64,000 nt of DNA from Marsupella aquatica (Eukaryota; Plantae; Marchantiophyta). The notes under the pieces are model-generated. The model saw only the letters and a program-made list of their open reading frames with translations. It searched no databases and was not told the origin of the DNA. Every line of letters begins with the position of its first letter. Position 1 is the first letter of the stretch. The translations under genes and the position numbers were made by a program. The stretch is from positions 27,041,154 to 27,105,153 of the forward strand of contig OZ316891.1 of NCBI GenBank assembly GCA_973895155.1. Direction: 5' to 3'. Shown here one piece after another: positions 36,476 through 50,915 of the stretch.

Positions 36476-39400
36476 ATGGAACAGAGTGACACAGAGATGT
36501 GTGAGTATGAAAGGAAAGCTATGGAACAACGAGCATACGTGAAAGCCAAAATCGCAGAACTGGATCTGGAAAAGGATGTGGCTGAATTGTAAGGGAACGA
36601 TTCTCAACTACACCCCTCCGCTGAGTTTGTGTGACATGAATAGTTCAATGTGGCACTGAAATTGTGACTGTATTCTCATATTGGAATGTCGCAAAGCCAC
36701 AGCATTTTCAAAGAAACAAAAGGAGTACGCAAGAAGGGTGACCAGCACTATCTCTGGGCCTGTGCGTCGGAGTGACAGGTTGAGCAAGAAGGTCGTACCT
36801 ACAATGGCAGAATGTGGAGATGACATTGATGCTGCACAGGTGGGTGCAGACACTAGACAAGAAGATGCAGATGATGAGTATTTTCCAGAGGAAATAGATG
36901 AGGATGGGGGTTATGAAGATGAATACATTGCAGAGCAGCCCCAAAAGAAACATGTAAGTAGTTTTCCCAACAAGGTTTTGAGTTAAAAACTCGTGTTTAG
37001 AGGTTTCATATGTTCAGTACTACACATATGTACCTTGCTTAGTTCCTGACATTGTAGTTGGTGATGTGATGCAGCGTCCTGCCAGTTCTGTTTTGCCTTC
37101 GAAGCCTGTGCATGCACCATACCAGCAGGGGGGGCTGACCTCTGATCAAGGTTGGCGAGGTGGTAGTAGTGGTAGATCCCAGGCTGGTGCCCAATACTAT
37201 GGCAGGGGGCAAGCTCTAGGTTATGCCCGTGGTAGAGGCAGAGCAGGTCCAAACCCACAATCTCGTGGGTATGGACGTCCACCTCAACCATGGGGATGTG
37301 AGTATATATCTATATGCCAGTTCTTTGTGAAGGCATGGCACTCCTGAATTTCAGACTGCATATCAATTTTTGACATTGTTTGGGATGTATTGGATTCAGA
37401 CAACATGAAATTCTGTCCACCTGCCATTGCATGCAGATTCTGCCCAACCTGATTGGGCAAATGCTAGTAATGATCAGTTCCAATGTCCACAAGGACAGAC
37501 ATGGGTTGAACCAGGTTGGGAGGATGGTGGTGGGTCGTGGAATGAACAAGGTTGGGAAGGTGGTGAAGGTAATTGGCAGGGATATCAAAATTCAGTACCT
37601 ACAAACGCTGGAAGAGGAGCAAGTAATGTCTGATCTTGTCAGCAATGGAAGAACTCATTATATGTGGAGTCCATTCACGTGGGGGGGACTCTGCACATGT
37701 ATAATGATAGAAAATGTATGTGTGCAGGTTGGACAGTCGAACCATCGACTCAAGTATTCACTAATGCCCCTATGCAGATGCAGCACGGAAGGGGGACAGG
37801 TATGTCGGTGAATGTTCAGTTGTTTTCCTACAGTTTGTACTTAGTTTTCAGTACATATGTTTGCACACACATACCTAGAAAGTGACATCATCCGGCCCCT
37901 GTACTAGGCTGGACAGGTGGTCCAGGGTCGCAACAATTTCAGAGTGTAGTCCCTGCACAGGCATCTACAGGCAGAGCTACAGGTATGTATGTTTGAAGAA
38001 TTTTTCTTGAAGTGAAGCATTGAATGTTGCCGTCATCCATTCTGCTATATGTAGTTCTCAAGCATGAATGGCATTGTATTTTCCCAGGTGGCTTCAGAAC
38101 CCCAGGTAGGGTGAATGAAGGGGTGGCCAATACAACGCCCAGTACTACCGAGAGCAGTGCACGAGGGGAGGTGACAAAGAAAGGGAACGTAAAGTTGAAT
38201 GAGAGACAATGGGTGGATGCTGAGTGTCCTCGCAAGAACCGATGGCATGCTGATTTGAAAGCTGAAGTATTGCGTTGGTTAGATGTGAGTGTTATTAATT
38301 TTAAAAAACAGCATCCAAAAGATTGGAAGACTGTATGTGAAAATGTTGCTGCCAAATGGAATTATGTGGGCAGTGATGATGGCGTGGACATAGGTTGCCT
38401 AGAGAGTACAGCAGGTAAAATTATCAAGCAAGAGAGGTGGAGAATGCATAAGGCTTGGAAGGAAGGTGGGGAGAAGCCAGATATGCCTCCACCAGCCAGT
38501 TGTGATGATAAAGTGTGGGCAAGGTTAGTAGCTTATTTTGTAATAGATGCTTCAAAAAAGAAGAGTTCACAGATGACCGAGGCCAGGTTGAGTGTTCAGA
38601 ACCCTAATCTGACAAGAAGGACCGGCACTGCACCGACAGCTAAACGTTTGGTAAGAATGAATGGCCTAGCTATGTAATTTATGCTACACTATGTACTATT
38701 TTTTAGTGTAAACCCATACATGTAAACTTTGTTTTTTAGTGTACGTTCCCTGAATATTGATCGATAACTTGTGTTTGCCATGCATGTGCAGAAAGCCCAA
38801 TTGGGGCAAAGCCCTTCAAAAGAAGAGTTGAGGGCTGAAATTGTGAACACCCGGGCTCAAGAGGGTGCATCTGAATCCTCCAAGCATGTAAGTTATATGA
38901 GTTCTGATTGGTAATTGAATGACCTGCGTTGAATTTCAGGTGTACACTGTATATAACATTGATTGTGCATATATTGCCCAACATTTCATATGGAGTGATT
39001 GAACCTATACCCCTGTGTCATGTAGGGAGGTGGATCTTCACTTACAGAGATAAGTGGTCGTTTGAAGGCTGTCGAAACATGTCTTCCAGAGATCAATGAA
39101 CGTTTGAATTCATTGACTGACTTGTTCCATGTGAACTTCAAGACATTAATGGAAGCTGTTGTGTCGGTGAGAGATAAAATTGATTCCAATTCTGCAGGAG
39201 TTCCACCATCACCACTTGAGGTGGCAAAGTCGATGCACTCTTCTGGCATGCCAACGACATGTAGGCTTGAAGGTAAGGCCTTTACAACTGTGTGGGATAT
39301 GATTATTAAATGTATAGTTTGAATTGACATTGTTTGTTGAATGTGTTATTTTCAGTAACATATATTGTGGTTGTTGTGTCCATAGAGAATAAGATAGGTG

Positions 39401-40182
39401 CTACAGAGAAGAAGTATGAGAACCTGGCAAATACTCGCTGTAATTTAGAGGAAACAAAGTTGCAGTCTGTACAAGCAACTTGTTTGACAGAGGGCAGTCA
39501 ACCATGTTTGGATGAGGATGACATTGGCAAGGGAGTGGATGATATCAATGTTGGGGCAAATGAGGATATCAACAAGCATGACAATGATACCATTGAGCCA
39601 GATTCATGCTATGTAGATCTTGACTCCATTGCAGAGATAAATGATTTGCAGAATGTATCATTCTCAATGACAGGTGTGCCTCTTGTTGAGATAAATCCAA
39701 CCAAAGAGTTAGTTGGTATGACACTCCCAGGTGATGAACCTGCTACTGAGACAGTCCTAATAGAGGAACCTACTGAGCCTAGCTTCACTACTGTGAAGAG
39801 AGGAAGCATGCGCACACGAAGCAAGTCTGCTGGTGGGAGCAGAGCCACATCAAAGGTTTCATACAAACCTCCAAGAACAGTGCTGGCAGAAAGATCTAAG
39901 GTGGAAGTGGGGAAAGCACCTAATGCTGAGGGACAAAGTGGCTTGTTAGCTGTTGATGAGAGTGGAACACGAGTAGGATTTGCCAGAGTGCAGGTTGGTT
40001 CCACAACGTTCCATGGCAAGAGGATTCCCCCAGGTTATTCAGTAGTGTTAGTCACATTACTAGTGAAACCTAAAGCTGTCCTTCCCATTCCAAACACAAA
40101 TGATGATCCTCCTCAAAAGACACTTGGAGATGCTGCAGGTTCTTTGGTATTATGGCCAAGCAAGTTCATAGAGGATCCATAA
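36476..40182 (+). CDS. CACTA TnpA-like multi-exon gene (exon structure approximate)
   Basis: Series of GT-AG bounded coding segments: EYERKAMEQR..., RRSDRL, G/Q/R-rich low-complexity exons, a Ptta/En/Spm-like W..L..YF...KKKSSQM..AR segment (38089-38650), and a C-terminal FHGKRIPPGYSVV.V...LPIP....TLGDA.G..VLWP motif typical of CACTA ORF2. Confidence 0.8.
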
Positions 40183-40682
40183 CAATGTCATGCCATTATT
40201 TGTTTGTAGTGTGAGTCATGTTATGTAGATTTTAGATGTCAAGAAGCAGTACAAGAATCATGTCCTCTTGGAGATTCATAGTATCATGCATGTGCTTTCA
40301 GTTATCTCATCCTACAGTCATCAATTATGAGTTCCTGTTTTGTCTAAATTACATTGATCACATTGTAAACTATTCCATTGGAATTCAAATGATCTTCATT
40401 TTTTAGCAAGATTGTGATTGTGTTTAATTCTTATGAATGTTTTATGTAGGATCTGCTTATATGATGCTTTGTTTCATGTGGATGTCATTCATGCTATGTT
40501 CATTTCTTGTATTCAATGTGTTATATTTCTAAAGTTAGAACATCAGGTTTCTATGTATTGTAATGTCGAGTGCTCTCTCTCCTTATGAACTATCCCTCTG
40601 TGTTCATTAGTCATGGTTATAACTTGCATGTGAACCTTATTAGTTATAAACATGAGTATATAGAGTCCCAAATGGTTCTGTT

Positions 40683-41037
40683 GTGTGACGCGGGCCAGGG
40701 TCTCCATTGGTCTCTCCTGTGACACTAAATAGTCACACGCTAGTCGTTGTTGAATGCGGGTAAGTCATGTATGTGACTTACGATGTGACTCGCTGAAGTC
40801 ATATTGCAGTCACGTCGAAACAAGGCTAGACTCCACAATAAAGTCACAGATCAGTCACAAATGGGTATCAAGCAAGTTGCAAAGCCCAGTATCAATAGTG
40901 ACTTCCATTTTTTGGTCTCAACTTTTGCAACTCCAAGGGTCACAGCGTGGGTCAAGTCACGTTGAGTCACAATGAAGTCACATGAGCCAAAATGAGTCAT
41001 ATATTGCGGTCTCAGTTCACCTCGGATTCTTCTAGTG
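40683..41037. repeat. CACTA right subterminal repeat array (GTGAC/GTCAC/GAGTCA)
   Basis: More than 10 direct and inverted copies next to the right TIR; the same motifs occur at 22300-22500 and 53370-53540. Confidence 0.8.
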
Positions 41038-41461
41038 CACACATCTACTTTTTGAGAGGTTGCTTATTACTATTGGAGTTGAGCAATTCAAGAAGGAGAG
41101 TGAGACACTTCAAGCTTCATCAGTCGGAGTTAGCAAAAGGGTTCACTCCACCACCCACAACATGCATCACCAAGACCACCCTAGTGGAGTAGACGTTGAC
41201 AATATCAGATTTACCAAGGATGACTTCTCCCACTTTTGTTGCCTCCACTTCATACATTTCATCGACTAACTTCATCGGTGATGCTCAAAGACTAGCTAGT
41301 GTGGTTAGTTTCAACCAATATTTGGTATACAAGGCTACTAGGCTTTTGAGTTGTACGGTCCCACCATAGTTACTTGCTTGTATTTTTAGTTTGATTTTTG
41401 ACCCTCGCTCTACTCCACTTCCCCGTGTTCCATCGTTTGTACCTTCACCCCAGCCAGATTT

Positions 41462-41804
41462 TGTTGAGCATAGACGACAATCACAACGGTAAGCACATGA
41501 CACATCCAATGATCAAGTAGTCGACACAAGAGATACGTGGTTCACCTCCTTGAGGCTACGTCCACAGGAACACACAAGAGAGCTTTATTGAACTCTAAGC
41601 CCGTTGGCTAAACCAAGTCTCCATAGTGTAAGCTCTCCTCATCTCTCAAATGGCTCTGTAACAATGAGCCTAAGTTCCACTTATCCAAGCAAACATCGCT
41701 TGGCATATAGTGTGCATCCTAGTTAACCTAACCATATCTCCGACTACGGTTAGCCTAACTGCGGTTACATATCATAACCCTAGACCTTGAGTAAATACCT
41801 AACA
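41462..41804 (-). mobile_element. Copia-type solo LTR (343 bp)
   Basis: TGTTG...TAACA termini, exact 5-bp TSD GATTT on both sides, and a minus-strand GTGGACGTAGCC...GTGAACCACGTA motif common in Copia LTRs. Confidence 0.88.
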
Positions 41805-42335
41805 GATTTCCCTATGGATCAATGTTGAGGAGCCAAAGGTACCCATTGCTAATCCATCTCTTCCTCCTGCATTTACACCCATGCAAACACCTTTCTTCCA
41901 TTTCTAAGCCTTTACCACCTTCACCTGTACCCACTCCAGTTCTATCCTCTTCCACATAGGATACCACTCTACCACATTTTGATATTCTATTTCCTTCTCC
42001 TACCACGGAATGAAATGAACCCATTCCTAACCCTACACCCGAGACAGAGACTATAGAGCCACCCAGTATATTCTTTGTGTGAACTTCTATAACTTTCCTT
42101 ACAACATTTTATAAGGTTTTAATAATTTTGGCCCCACGAAAACCCCGTGGCGGAGGAAACACACAAAACCAACAATCCGAGAATTTCAGCCCCCAGAAAG
42201 ACAATGAACAGCCAGCAAAAGCCCAGAGCCCGAAGGTAGAACAGAGGAAACAACAATACTGGCCACGACCCGCCTCTGCCAGGCCGCAGCCCCCTACACC
42301 AATTACCTATCCGCATTGTCACCACCCCACACTTC

Positions 42336-43400
42336 CTACCCCGATGTAATCCATACATCTCTACCTTTCAGCCATTCAATTCTTTCCCTGTTGATCATTT
42401 CCTTGGCCCTCATAAATCGTGTTTTCCTGTTACAAGCATGCAATGCCAGCAGTATTGCAGAGACGTGGTCAGCTGCCTCTGAAAGGATGAATCGGAAGTC
42501 CAACTTTTTGCTCCCTTCCGCCTGGAACATGTGCTCATTGCGCCCAAGACACAATGCCCAAAGCATCTGAAAGAGCATAATCATCATTACAATCTTGCTA
42601 TGGTGCCTTCCTATCGCCAGATCTACCAGTCCCATCAGACCCCCGGGGTAGCCTACAAATATTCCACCAAATCCTTGTGAACACAGAGCCCAACATTTTT
42701 GTGCATGAGTACAGTCCATAAATAGATGCGGGATGGTCTCCAGTATCCCCGGCTTGCACTCTCCATTACCTTTGCCTATCTTTACTGCCCTCACTCCAGT
42801 GAACAATCCTGATGCTATTACTCTCCACATAAAGGTCCTTGCTCTCATTGACATTCCTGAACCCCATATTCCAGCCCAACTCTCATTCCATTCGGGCTCC
42901 GTTTTACTGATCCCCCAAGTCCTGTTCAAGTTTGGCTTGTCCTCAACCACGTGTCAAAGTAATTGATAAGCCCTCCTATTGGGGATCTTAAAACACTTCA
43001 TTGGGGCAGGATTGTCAGCCCAACACCAGCATCGAGGGCCCGGTTCAAACCCCCACTCACATTGTGGAATTGAATACAATGCCTCCATGAATCTTCTACC
43101 AAGAATCTGATGTTCAGGTGTGAATCCCCTCAAATGCTCCCATCTCCCTTCCAGTCCTTGCCATTCCCTACTTGCACCTTGCCAAAGATCCTATATACAC
43201 CTGATGCCCAGTCTCCCACAGAGCACTGTAGTAGCCGCCATATCCTCATTGCTCCATGATTGAAACCCTTTCAGGCATCTGATCACATCCCCAACTGACC
43301 ACCGACCCGGTATCTTATCAGTTGGACAAAAGATCAAATTAGCTTCTATAACTTTGATCTCTTTGGCTCCTATTCTTTCTTCTACTATTGATATTGAACC
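42336..43400 (-). mobile_element. 5'-truncated L1-type LINE (ORF2 C-terminus with zf-RVT)
   Basis: W..IWGS...RARTFMWRV...L.TG.R...GEC..ETIPHLFMDC..A..CW...LW.L...RN..MF pattern in ORF 42336-42950; upstream frames are broken. Confidence 0.85.
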
Positions 43401-44411
43401 CACCTGTGCATTTCCCTCCTAGTTTGTTAGGATGATTACTTCACTCATTGACACACACGTCACTCTTGCGCCATCATTACTTCCACTTATGTGTGGTTGC
43501 CAGTCTTAGCTTTTCCCTTTGTGCATACCTATGACATGGTCCTAGTTGCTTTTGGTACTCTATGGCTTCCTTTCGACAAGCTGCACATGCCAGAGATTAA
43601 GAATCTTGACTTGTGGAGTTTGATTTATCATTGTAGAGAGGTCATTGCACCTTTCCCCTTTCCAGCCCCAGACATTCTATGGCCTTCAGATTATCATGTT
43701 TGGATTGGACCGGATGAACATCCCATCTGGAAGTCCAATGAGCCACACTTGATTCAATTTCGTGAGGACCTATTTGGTCAACAATATTTGAAGGGCAAGA
43801 AGGTTAGGGGGAAGCTAGCAGTTGGTTGAGTAGCTTGCCTTCCTTTACTTATAGTTGACCCTCCTCCTATTGTGATATGAGGTTTTGTACCTCATTTTGT
43901 AGTTTTTTAATTAGTGTAATTTAGCTTTGAATAATCGTACTACTCTTTCGTCAAGGTTGACTCTTATGTGTAACTTAATTTGTTAGACTTAGGAGATGAA
44001 AAGGTGTGTCTTTTCACTCTCCTTAGCAAGTGGGTCACTTTATGTATTTATTTATTCTAGTTACATAATTCTTATTTGAGATAGTGTGGATAGTTATGTG
44101 GATTTCCTCATCTTGGAGTTTGTCCTTTATACTTATAATGTATTTTTGCAACAAAAAAATTGTATACTTTGAAATGTGATTACTTGTGCTATGAGTCTAT
44201 CCCTCCTTTGTGTGGCAATGCATGTTGCAATTGCCATAAGAAATAAAATACATAAAAATATTATTTGTAGTTTGTATTGGAAGATTTGTTGATCTATGCT
44301 TAATTCAATTAAACTGCAACATTTGTTGTAGATTTCTCTATTTTACATGAATGATCTATCTTGGGAGATAAATATTGCTTGTAAGTAAGAAAGAGAAATC
44401 TATGTGTTAAG

Positions 44412-44579
44412 TGTTATAAGGGCTAAAACCCTAACCCTACTTACCCTAGAATGTAGGGGAACGGAGGTTACATAACTGCCGATATACCATGTACTACATA
44501 GGGAGAAGTTTACTCTCCCACAAGGTAATGAAGGAAGTGAGCTTGCTGGTGTATGTGTGTCCATGGTTGATGCATAATA
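44412..44579 (+). repeat. 5' LTR of the Bianca element
   Basis: Matches 50916-51083 except for one C/T difference. Confidence 0.95.
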
Positions 44580-44907
44580 CGTCATCAGCACGACTCTACA
44601 TTTGGAGCACAACCTTTGATTTAATTTTTCTTAGCAAATCGATTCAGTGAATCTATGTGCACATTTTGAACTATTGATTGAATTAAGACCTTTTGTATAT
44701 GATTCGATTTACAACGACAATTTCAAGGATCAGGAGCACAAGCATCTTTGGTCAATGCGAGGGAGTTCTTTTTCTCAACAATTTCTTTCCATCTGAATTT
44801 CTTAGACATCAAGGCCATAACTGATTTACAGAATCCAGGCAGAACATAATTCACAAATTCCTGGATATAACTCAATTTGAGATCAAATTACCATAACTCC
44901 TATTACA

Positions 44908-47900
44908 ATGAATTCTATTGAGAAGCTTCAATTTAAGGCTCTAACTACTGATGGTGCCAATTATTTATCCTGGTCACTTGATATCGAAGCATATCTTTCA
45001 TCAAAAGACCTACAGGAAGCTCTTTACACAGATGCAGGCCTAACAGTACCGCAGAAGGTGAGAGTATTAATCTTCATACGACATCACCTTGCCGAACCAC
45101 TCAAGATTCAATACCTGAATCAATTCAACCCCATAATTCTCTGGGAAGATCTAAAATCAAGGTTTGATCACATGCGCCTGGTCTCCCTGCCGGCCGCATG
45201 TCATGATTGGATCAATTTGCGTGTGCAGGACCACACTTCTATATCCAATTATAATGGAGAACTTTTCCGGATCACCTCTCAACTATCCATATGTGGCCAC
45301 CCAGTCAACGACGCCGAACAGATTGAAAGAACTCTATCCACTTTCAGTGTAGGAAACCTCATCCTTGCATCTCAATACAGAAACATGGGATTTACGAAAT
45401 ATTCAGAGCTGATAGCTCATATGCTTCTTGCTGAGAAGCATCAATTACTCCTCTTGGAAAATGCCAAATCTCGCCCACCTGGGACAGCCGCACCCCCACC
45501 TAAACCTGAAATTAATTTCAATAGACAGAATGACAGAATTAGAGGACGAGGTAGAGGAAATTTCAGGGGGAGGGGACAAAGAACATATAACCGAGGCACA
45601 AACCAAGAGAGGGGCAGAGGTTATGGCCAATTCCAGAGAGAAAACCAAGCATTCGGAAACTTTAATCAAGGACGAGGAGGACAACGAGGACGAGGAACTG
45701 CATATAGAGGCAGAGGCCATGGAGGAGGCCGTGGAAGAGGATACAATAAGTGGGCAAGAGAACCCGAGAATCCTATTGAATGTTTTAGGTGTGGCACAAG
45801 AGGACACTTACAGAAAAATTGCCGAACTCCTGCCCACCTAGTTAAACTCTACAAGCAACGCATGGAATTACCCAATAATGAAGCCCACGGTAACTACATG
45901 GAAATCATAGATAACATTGAGGGATATGCACCAGACCCAACAGCCCCCGAAGTCCATACTGCCAAATTAGGAGATAATCCCTCAATGCTGGACGATAATC
46001 ACAATTGTATCGTTGATAGCGGTACATCTCATTCCATATTACGCCAAAAAGATTACTTCCTAAATATCACTCCATCCCACAGATCCATGACAACAATCAC
46101 TGGTCCTAATCATATAGAGGAAGGTTTTGGTCCAGCACAAGTAAGATTACCCAAGGGCACAGTCCTCCACATAGAATCTGCAATTTATGCTCCACGGGCC
46201 ACTCGAAACCTTATAAGTTTCAGTGACATACGCGCCAATAGACTTCATATTCACACAGATACTTGTGGAAACCGAGAAGTCTTACATATCCTGGAGAATA
46301 CCAAATCAGGGAGATTAGTCCGAGAAATACTACCTTTATACCCCCCCGGACTATACATCACTCGGATCTATTCTTATTATGCTGCAAGTACTCCACTTAC
46401 CTTAACACAGATATGGCATAATCGCCTTGGACATCCTGGTACAACTATGTATCATAATATCCTAAAGGCTACCGTGGGCATACCTCAAGGTGTTCACCCT
46501 TCAGCCACCAGCAAACCATGCATTGCATGTTCATAGGGAAAAATGATAACTCATCCAGCACCATCAAAGACAATACATAAGATCCCACAATTCTTGGAGA
46601 GGATCCAAGCAGATGTTTGTGGCCCAATAGACCCACCATCTGGCCCATTCAAATACTTCCTGGTTATCATTGATGCCTCCACCAAGTGGTCACAAGTCTC
46701 TCTGCTATCCACTCGAAATCTAGTCTTCCTGAGGATATTATCACACATTTTGAAATTAAAACATCAGTTCCCAGAGAATCCAATTAAAGCAATCAGAGTT
46801 GATAACGCGGGGGAATTTACCTCAAAAACCTTCGATACCTTCTGTGAAACAGCAGGCATCGATATTGAATACCCTTTTCCACATGTGCATTTTCAGAATG
46901 GTATTGCAGAATCTATAATCAAAAGAATACAACTGGTGGCTAGACCCCTACTGATGCAGTCAAACTTACCAGCATTAGCTTGGGGTCATGCGGCTCTGCA
47001 TGCAGCTGCCCTCATTCGACTGAGACCATCATCATTTAATTCTCAGACCCCCCACTTCTTGGCATACGGGTTACCACCAGACATCACACACCTACGAATT
47101 TTTGGATGCCTGGTTCTTGTCCCTATTTTAGGTCCCAAGCAAACTACAATGGGACCCCAGAGGCAACGAGGCATCTATGTGGGATTTGACTCACACTCTA
47201 TTATAAGATACTTGGAACCCTCAACAACAGATGTTTTCAAAGCACGGTTCCAAGATTGCAATTTCTTTGAAGATGAATTTCCAACTCTGACAGAAGACCC
47301 AACAAGCAACGGAAAGGTAAAAGTAAAAGACTTACAATGGTTGTCTACCCGCCTGCTTGCAGACGACCACCGCACTAAAGAAGCAGATGAAGGAGTACAA
47401 CGTGTTCTCCATTTACAACAAATGCTTATGAAACTTCCAGATGCTTTTAACGATGCAGCCAAGGTAACTCGCTCACATGTAGAGGCAGCAAATGTACCAG
47501 CTCGAATTTCTCGACAGACTACATCTGCAACTGAGACTGCACCCAGGGCAAAAAGAGGTCGCCCACTGGGATCCAAGGATTCTCACCCTAGACAGCCACG
47601 TACACCCATGCTATCTCCCAGAAATATACCTACTACAGTACCATCTTCACAAGGCACAGCCGATAATGATGAGATTACAATTAATTATGTACATACCGGG
47701 CAGATACTGCAGCGTGATAAGACACAGGTTGATGATATCTTTGCATTCAAGATTTTTTAGGACATTAAAAACACTATTCCTGATCCCCTAACGATTGTTG
47801 AGGCCCGAACTCGCCCAGACTGGCCACAATGGGAGTTAGCTATAAATTCAGAACTAGACTCACTAATAAAACGAAAAGTTTTTGGACCCATTATTACTGC

Positions 47901-49599
47901 ACCTGCAGGACTTCATCTTACAGGTTACAGATTCATTTTCGTCAGAAAACGAAATGCAAAAGGAGAAGTGATCAGACATAAAGTGCGCTTGGTCGCGAAG
48001 GGCTATACCCAGATCCCCGGCCGAGACTTTGATCAAACATACTCTCCTGTAATGGATTCAATCACATATAGATATCTAATCGCATATGCTCTTATGAACA
48101 AAGTAACTAGTTATGCATATTTTAGATGTGATTACTGCCTATCTATATGGTATCCTTGATACCAAGATTTATATGAAGGCACCCCCGGAACTCATCAAGC
48201 GATTGATGTTTCACATTGAGGGGGAGAAAACCGGTAAAATAAACCCAGGTCTACAACCTGGAGTACATCAAACTTGTCCTACAGGCAATTTGAATTCAGT
48301 GACGACTGAAATCGGACCTTTAGTCCCGACTAAGCAAGATGTACTGCACACATCTGCTCAGAGGAAACGAATGTCTTCCTCACAGGTTACCCCTGTTATA
48401 CCAACAAAGAAAGTTAAAAGAGAACTTGCAGTTCAGGTACTTCGTTCTCTATATGGTTTAAAACAGAGTGGGCGGACCTGGTATAAACGATTCAAAGCTG
48501 AAATGATTACATTGAATTTTATTACTGATGATATTGCTCCGTGCCTCTTTATCAAAAAGGAAGGAAATGAATTTGTCATTATCGCAATTTATGTGGACGA
48601 CATCAATATTTTCGGCACAGCAAAAATCACAGCAGAAACAATAGAAATCCTGAAGAAGACATTCGAGATGCGGGATATAGGTAAGCCCACCTATTGCTTG
48701 GGCTTACAATTTAATCACCTGCATAATGGCATACTAGTTAATCAATCGACCTACACTGAGAAGGTATTAAAACAGTTTAACATGGTTGTTGCTTACCCTG
48801 TAAGCACTCCAATGCATTTAAGATCCTCAGATCCTGCAAAAGATACATTCAAGAAATGGAGTGCACCTGAAGCAATTCTTGGCCCATAAAAACCTTACCT
48901 CTATGCGATAGGTGCTCTAATGTACCTGGCTACCCAGTCCCGTCCTGACATAGCTTTCGCAGTGAATCTCCTTGCACGCCATAGTGCAAAACCAACTATC
49001 CGTCACTGGAATGGAGTAAAGCGAGTGTTCCGTTACCTGCGAGGAACCACAGACCTGGGACTATTCTTTCCCAAGCAGTCAGAAATCTATTAGTGGGATA
49101 TGCGGACGCAGGGTACCTTTCCGACCCTGACGACGCAAAATCCCAGACAGGATATGTTTTTCTTCAAGGAGGTACTACTATCTCATGGAGAAGCTGCAAA
49201 CAGACACTGACAGCTACTTCTTCTAATCATTCGGAGATCATTGCCCTATACGAAGCCACTAGGGAATGCATTTGGTTAAGACATTTGATAGATCATATTC
49301 AGAAAAACACAGGCAGACCCCGATTTGATAAACCTACTGTTATATACGAAGACAATCGACCCTGTGTCGATCAGATAGTGCAGGGATTTATCAAAGGGGA
49401 TCGAATTAAACATATAGCACCCAAGTTCTTCTATACACATGAGCAGCATGGCGAACAGGTAAATGTGCAGTGGATTCCTAGCAAGGAAAATCGAGCAGAT
49501 TTATTCACGAAACCACTACCACCATCCCTACACAGGGAACATACATATGGTATTGGAATGAGGAGTATGAAATCACTACTGCAGGGCATTCATGAATAA
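44908..49599 (+). pseudogene. Copia gag-pol with stops (46534, 47758, 48887) and frameshifts (~48105, ~49090)
   Basis: NYLSW, CFRCG..GH...C zinc knuckle, CIVDSGTSH protease, WHNRLGH..CIAC, LERIQADVCGPIDPPSGPFKYF integrase, LYGLKQSG/YVDD RT, GYADAGY/YEDN/ADLFTK RNase H. Confidence 0.95.
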
Positions 49600-50915
49600 A
49601 TCGACATTGCTTGACACAAATTACATGTTCGATTATTCATAGAAAACTAGGAGACATATTCTACTGGAATACTGATCACGGGACATTCCACTTATGCTGA
49701 TAAAGATGAAGAATCAAGCTCAGAAAAGGTAAGATGAACAACAGAGTCGAACTCAGGATATGTATATACTTCAAGAACTGAGGGAGACAGAGGTCGAGCG
49801 AGCAAGACCAAGATCCATCTAGCAAGACTGAGCTCCAACAAGAAAGACTCCCGAACAAAGGGACAAGGAACTCACAGTGGGACCAGTGTAGTCGACCAGC
49901 AGTAGTCGACTACCAGCAGCAGCAGCATCTTCTCTCCTCCTCTCGAGCTCCACCGAGCATGCCCGACCTCCACCAAGAAAGCCAAGCCAGGAGTATTCTG
50001 ACCCGTGTCTAAAGCTTATCCCGGGTTCGCGCACAGCAAGACTAAATCGACTATTAAGGAACTGCAATCGACTGGGCAACTCAGTCGTTCTCTCCCACAT
50101 TTGCAGTAGTCGAGAAACAACTGGACCTTGTAAAACCAAAACATCCAGTGAGCCGACAACTTTTTCGTGCTCACCTCTTCTCCTTCGATTCTCCTTCGAT
50201 TCTCTCTGATCCGAGCAGCGATCCCACAATGCACATTTGCAATAGCCGATAACCAAAAGGATAAGTGCAACGTCGAGCAGCAACGATCCCGTTCATTTCA
50301 GTTCAACATTTTCTTTCCTGGAGGTGGCTGCAGCGCAATACTCGACAGCCTGTTGATGGAAGCTTTGCCTTGGCGAGTTGCATACCATTCAGCAACGCAT
50401 AGCTTCCCGCTCTTCCTCTCTCGCAGATGTTACCATCTACTGGATGAAATCGACATTCTAAAATCAGTTTTTCTTTCCGGTGCCAACGTTCCTAACGATG
50501 ACTCAAAGTTCTCATGTATTCCACAGTTCTTTCGAATCAAGATTCAACTCACACAGGACTCTCCACTACAGGAAACTATCGAATGCATACCTAATCTATA
50601 GATTTACTTTACACTTACAATTGCATTTAGGTTTACTCTTACAGTAGAGACTACTGTTTACTTTACATACCATAGTGTAATTTTAGTGTTAAGTTTAGGC
50701 ATAAATTTTTCCTTAGTCATGTTAATTCTTGATATGTTCCATTTTTTTGGCCTTAGACCATGTAATAGTAGTGGCACTCTTTCCATGATTGGAGCATGGT
50801 TTTAATGAGACCATACTAAAACTTTGGCCAAATAATCGACATATCCTTAAACGGGTTAGTTTTTCCCCATACTTTTGTGGTTGTTTGAAATATTTTTCAT
50901 TCAACCAAGGGGGAG

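Larger units (their letters stand above)
22270..41037 (+). mobile_element. Complete ~18.8-kb CACTA (En/Spm) DNA transposon, copy 1, carrying cargo genes
   Basis: Left TIR CACTAGAAGAAACCGAG..CTGAGACC; right TIR reverse complement CACTAGAAGAATCCGAG..CTGAGACC; 3-bp TSD CAC (22267-22269 and 41038-41040); GTGACT/AGTCAC subterminal repeats; TnpD- and TnpA-like genes inside. Confidence 0.95.

Noticed and set aside
40683-41020. Interspersed short repeats superficially like a CRISPR array
   Set aside because: Irregular 5-8 bp motifs in both orientations beside a CACTA TIR in eukaryotic DNA; no cas genes. These are subterminal repeats.
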